A stretch of DNA of 64,000 nucleotides, from assembly GCA_028534125.1 (NCBI GenBank), contig CM052816.1:24678001-24742000 (forward strand). Direction: 5' to 3'. The position numbers were made by a program, and so were the translations under genes. The notes beneath the pieces are model-generated. The model saw only the letters and a list, made by a program, of their open reading frames with translations, was not told the origin of the DNA and made no database searches. This DNA is from Lama glama (taxonomy: Eukaryota). Positions 63,651 to 64,000 of the stretch are shown here, piece by piece (within the stretch, counting starts at the first letter, position 1; every line of letters begins with the position of its first letter).

Positions 63651-64000
63651 TTATTTTTTTTAACTTTTAGTAAAATGTACAAAATAGTTATTTTAACTAT
63701 TCACAACTACATAGTTCTATGGCATTAAATATGTTCACAACGTTGTGTAACCATCCAATATCCCCAATTTTTTTTATCATCCTCAACAAGATATTTGTAC
63801 TGATCAAACAATAACTCCTCGTTTTCTTTCCCTCCAGCCCCTGGTAACTTGTATTTTACTTTCTGACTCTGTGAATGTGCCTAGTCTAGGAATCTCATGT
63901 CAGTGAAATCATACAATATTTGTCTTTCTGTATCTGGCTAATTTTACTAACTGTAATGTTTTCAAGATTCATCCATATCCTAGTATATATCAAAATTTAA
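63651..64000 (-). mobile_element. L1MB-type 3' end (runs off the window)
   Basis: ggcattaaatatgttcacaacgttgtgtaaccatc...ccagcccctggtaac...gaaatcatacaatatttgtc...ttcaagattcatccat. Confidence 0.85.

Noticed and set aside
1..64000. CRISPR array, operon or prokaryotic defence system, NUMT, intact ERV, CpG-island promoter
   Set aside because: No regular repeat-spacer array, long ORFs, mitochondrial-like genes, gag/pol/env or CpG-rich stretch was seen. The window is mammalian non-coding DNA.

Overview
This is AT-rich, CpG-poor mammalian non-coding DNA, either intronic or intergenic. The tRNA-derived SINEs (GGGGAGGGTATAGCTCAGTGGTAGA...CTTAGCATG...GGTTCAATCCCCAGTAC) look like the camelid Vic-1 family. 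I saw no Bov-A/CHR, PRE-1, Alu or Can-SINE copies, so a camelid genome is the best inference. I recognise no host protein-coding exon. The only recognisable protein-like ORFs are decayed LINE-1 ORF2 pieces. The window holds L1s of several ages, L2, MIR, MaLR/ERVL LTRs and DNA-transposon fossils (Tigger2, MER3, MER58A, MER81, MER91A, MER5, MER102), separated by repeat-poor blocks with enhancer-like motifs. Repeat family names come from recalled consensus sequences, not from a database search. The sequence does not support a new multi-gene system. The most interesting signals are: a twin-primed (5'-inverted) L1; a graded series of ultra-short TSD-flanked retrotransposition scars; a perfect 52-bp palindrome beside a (TA)n tract; an old, apparently locally templated 120-bp insertion inside a MIR; a CTCF site with its upstream motif; and a candidate recursive splice site.
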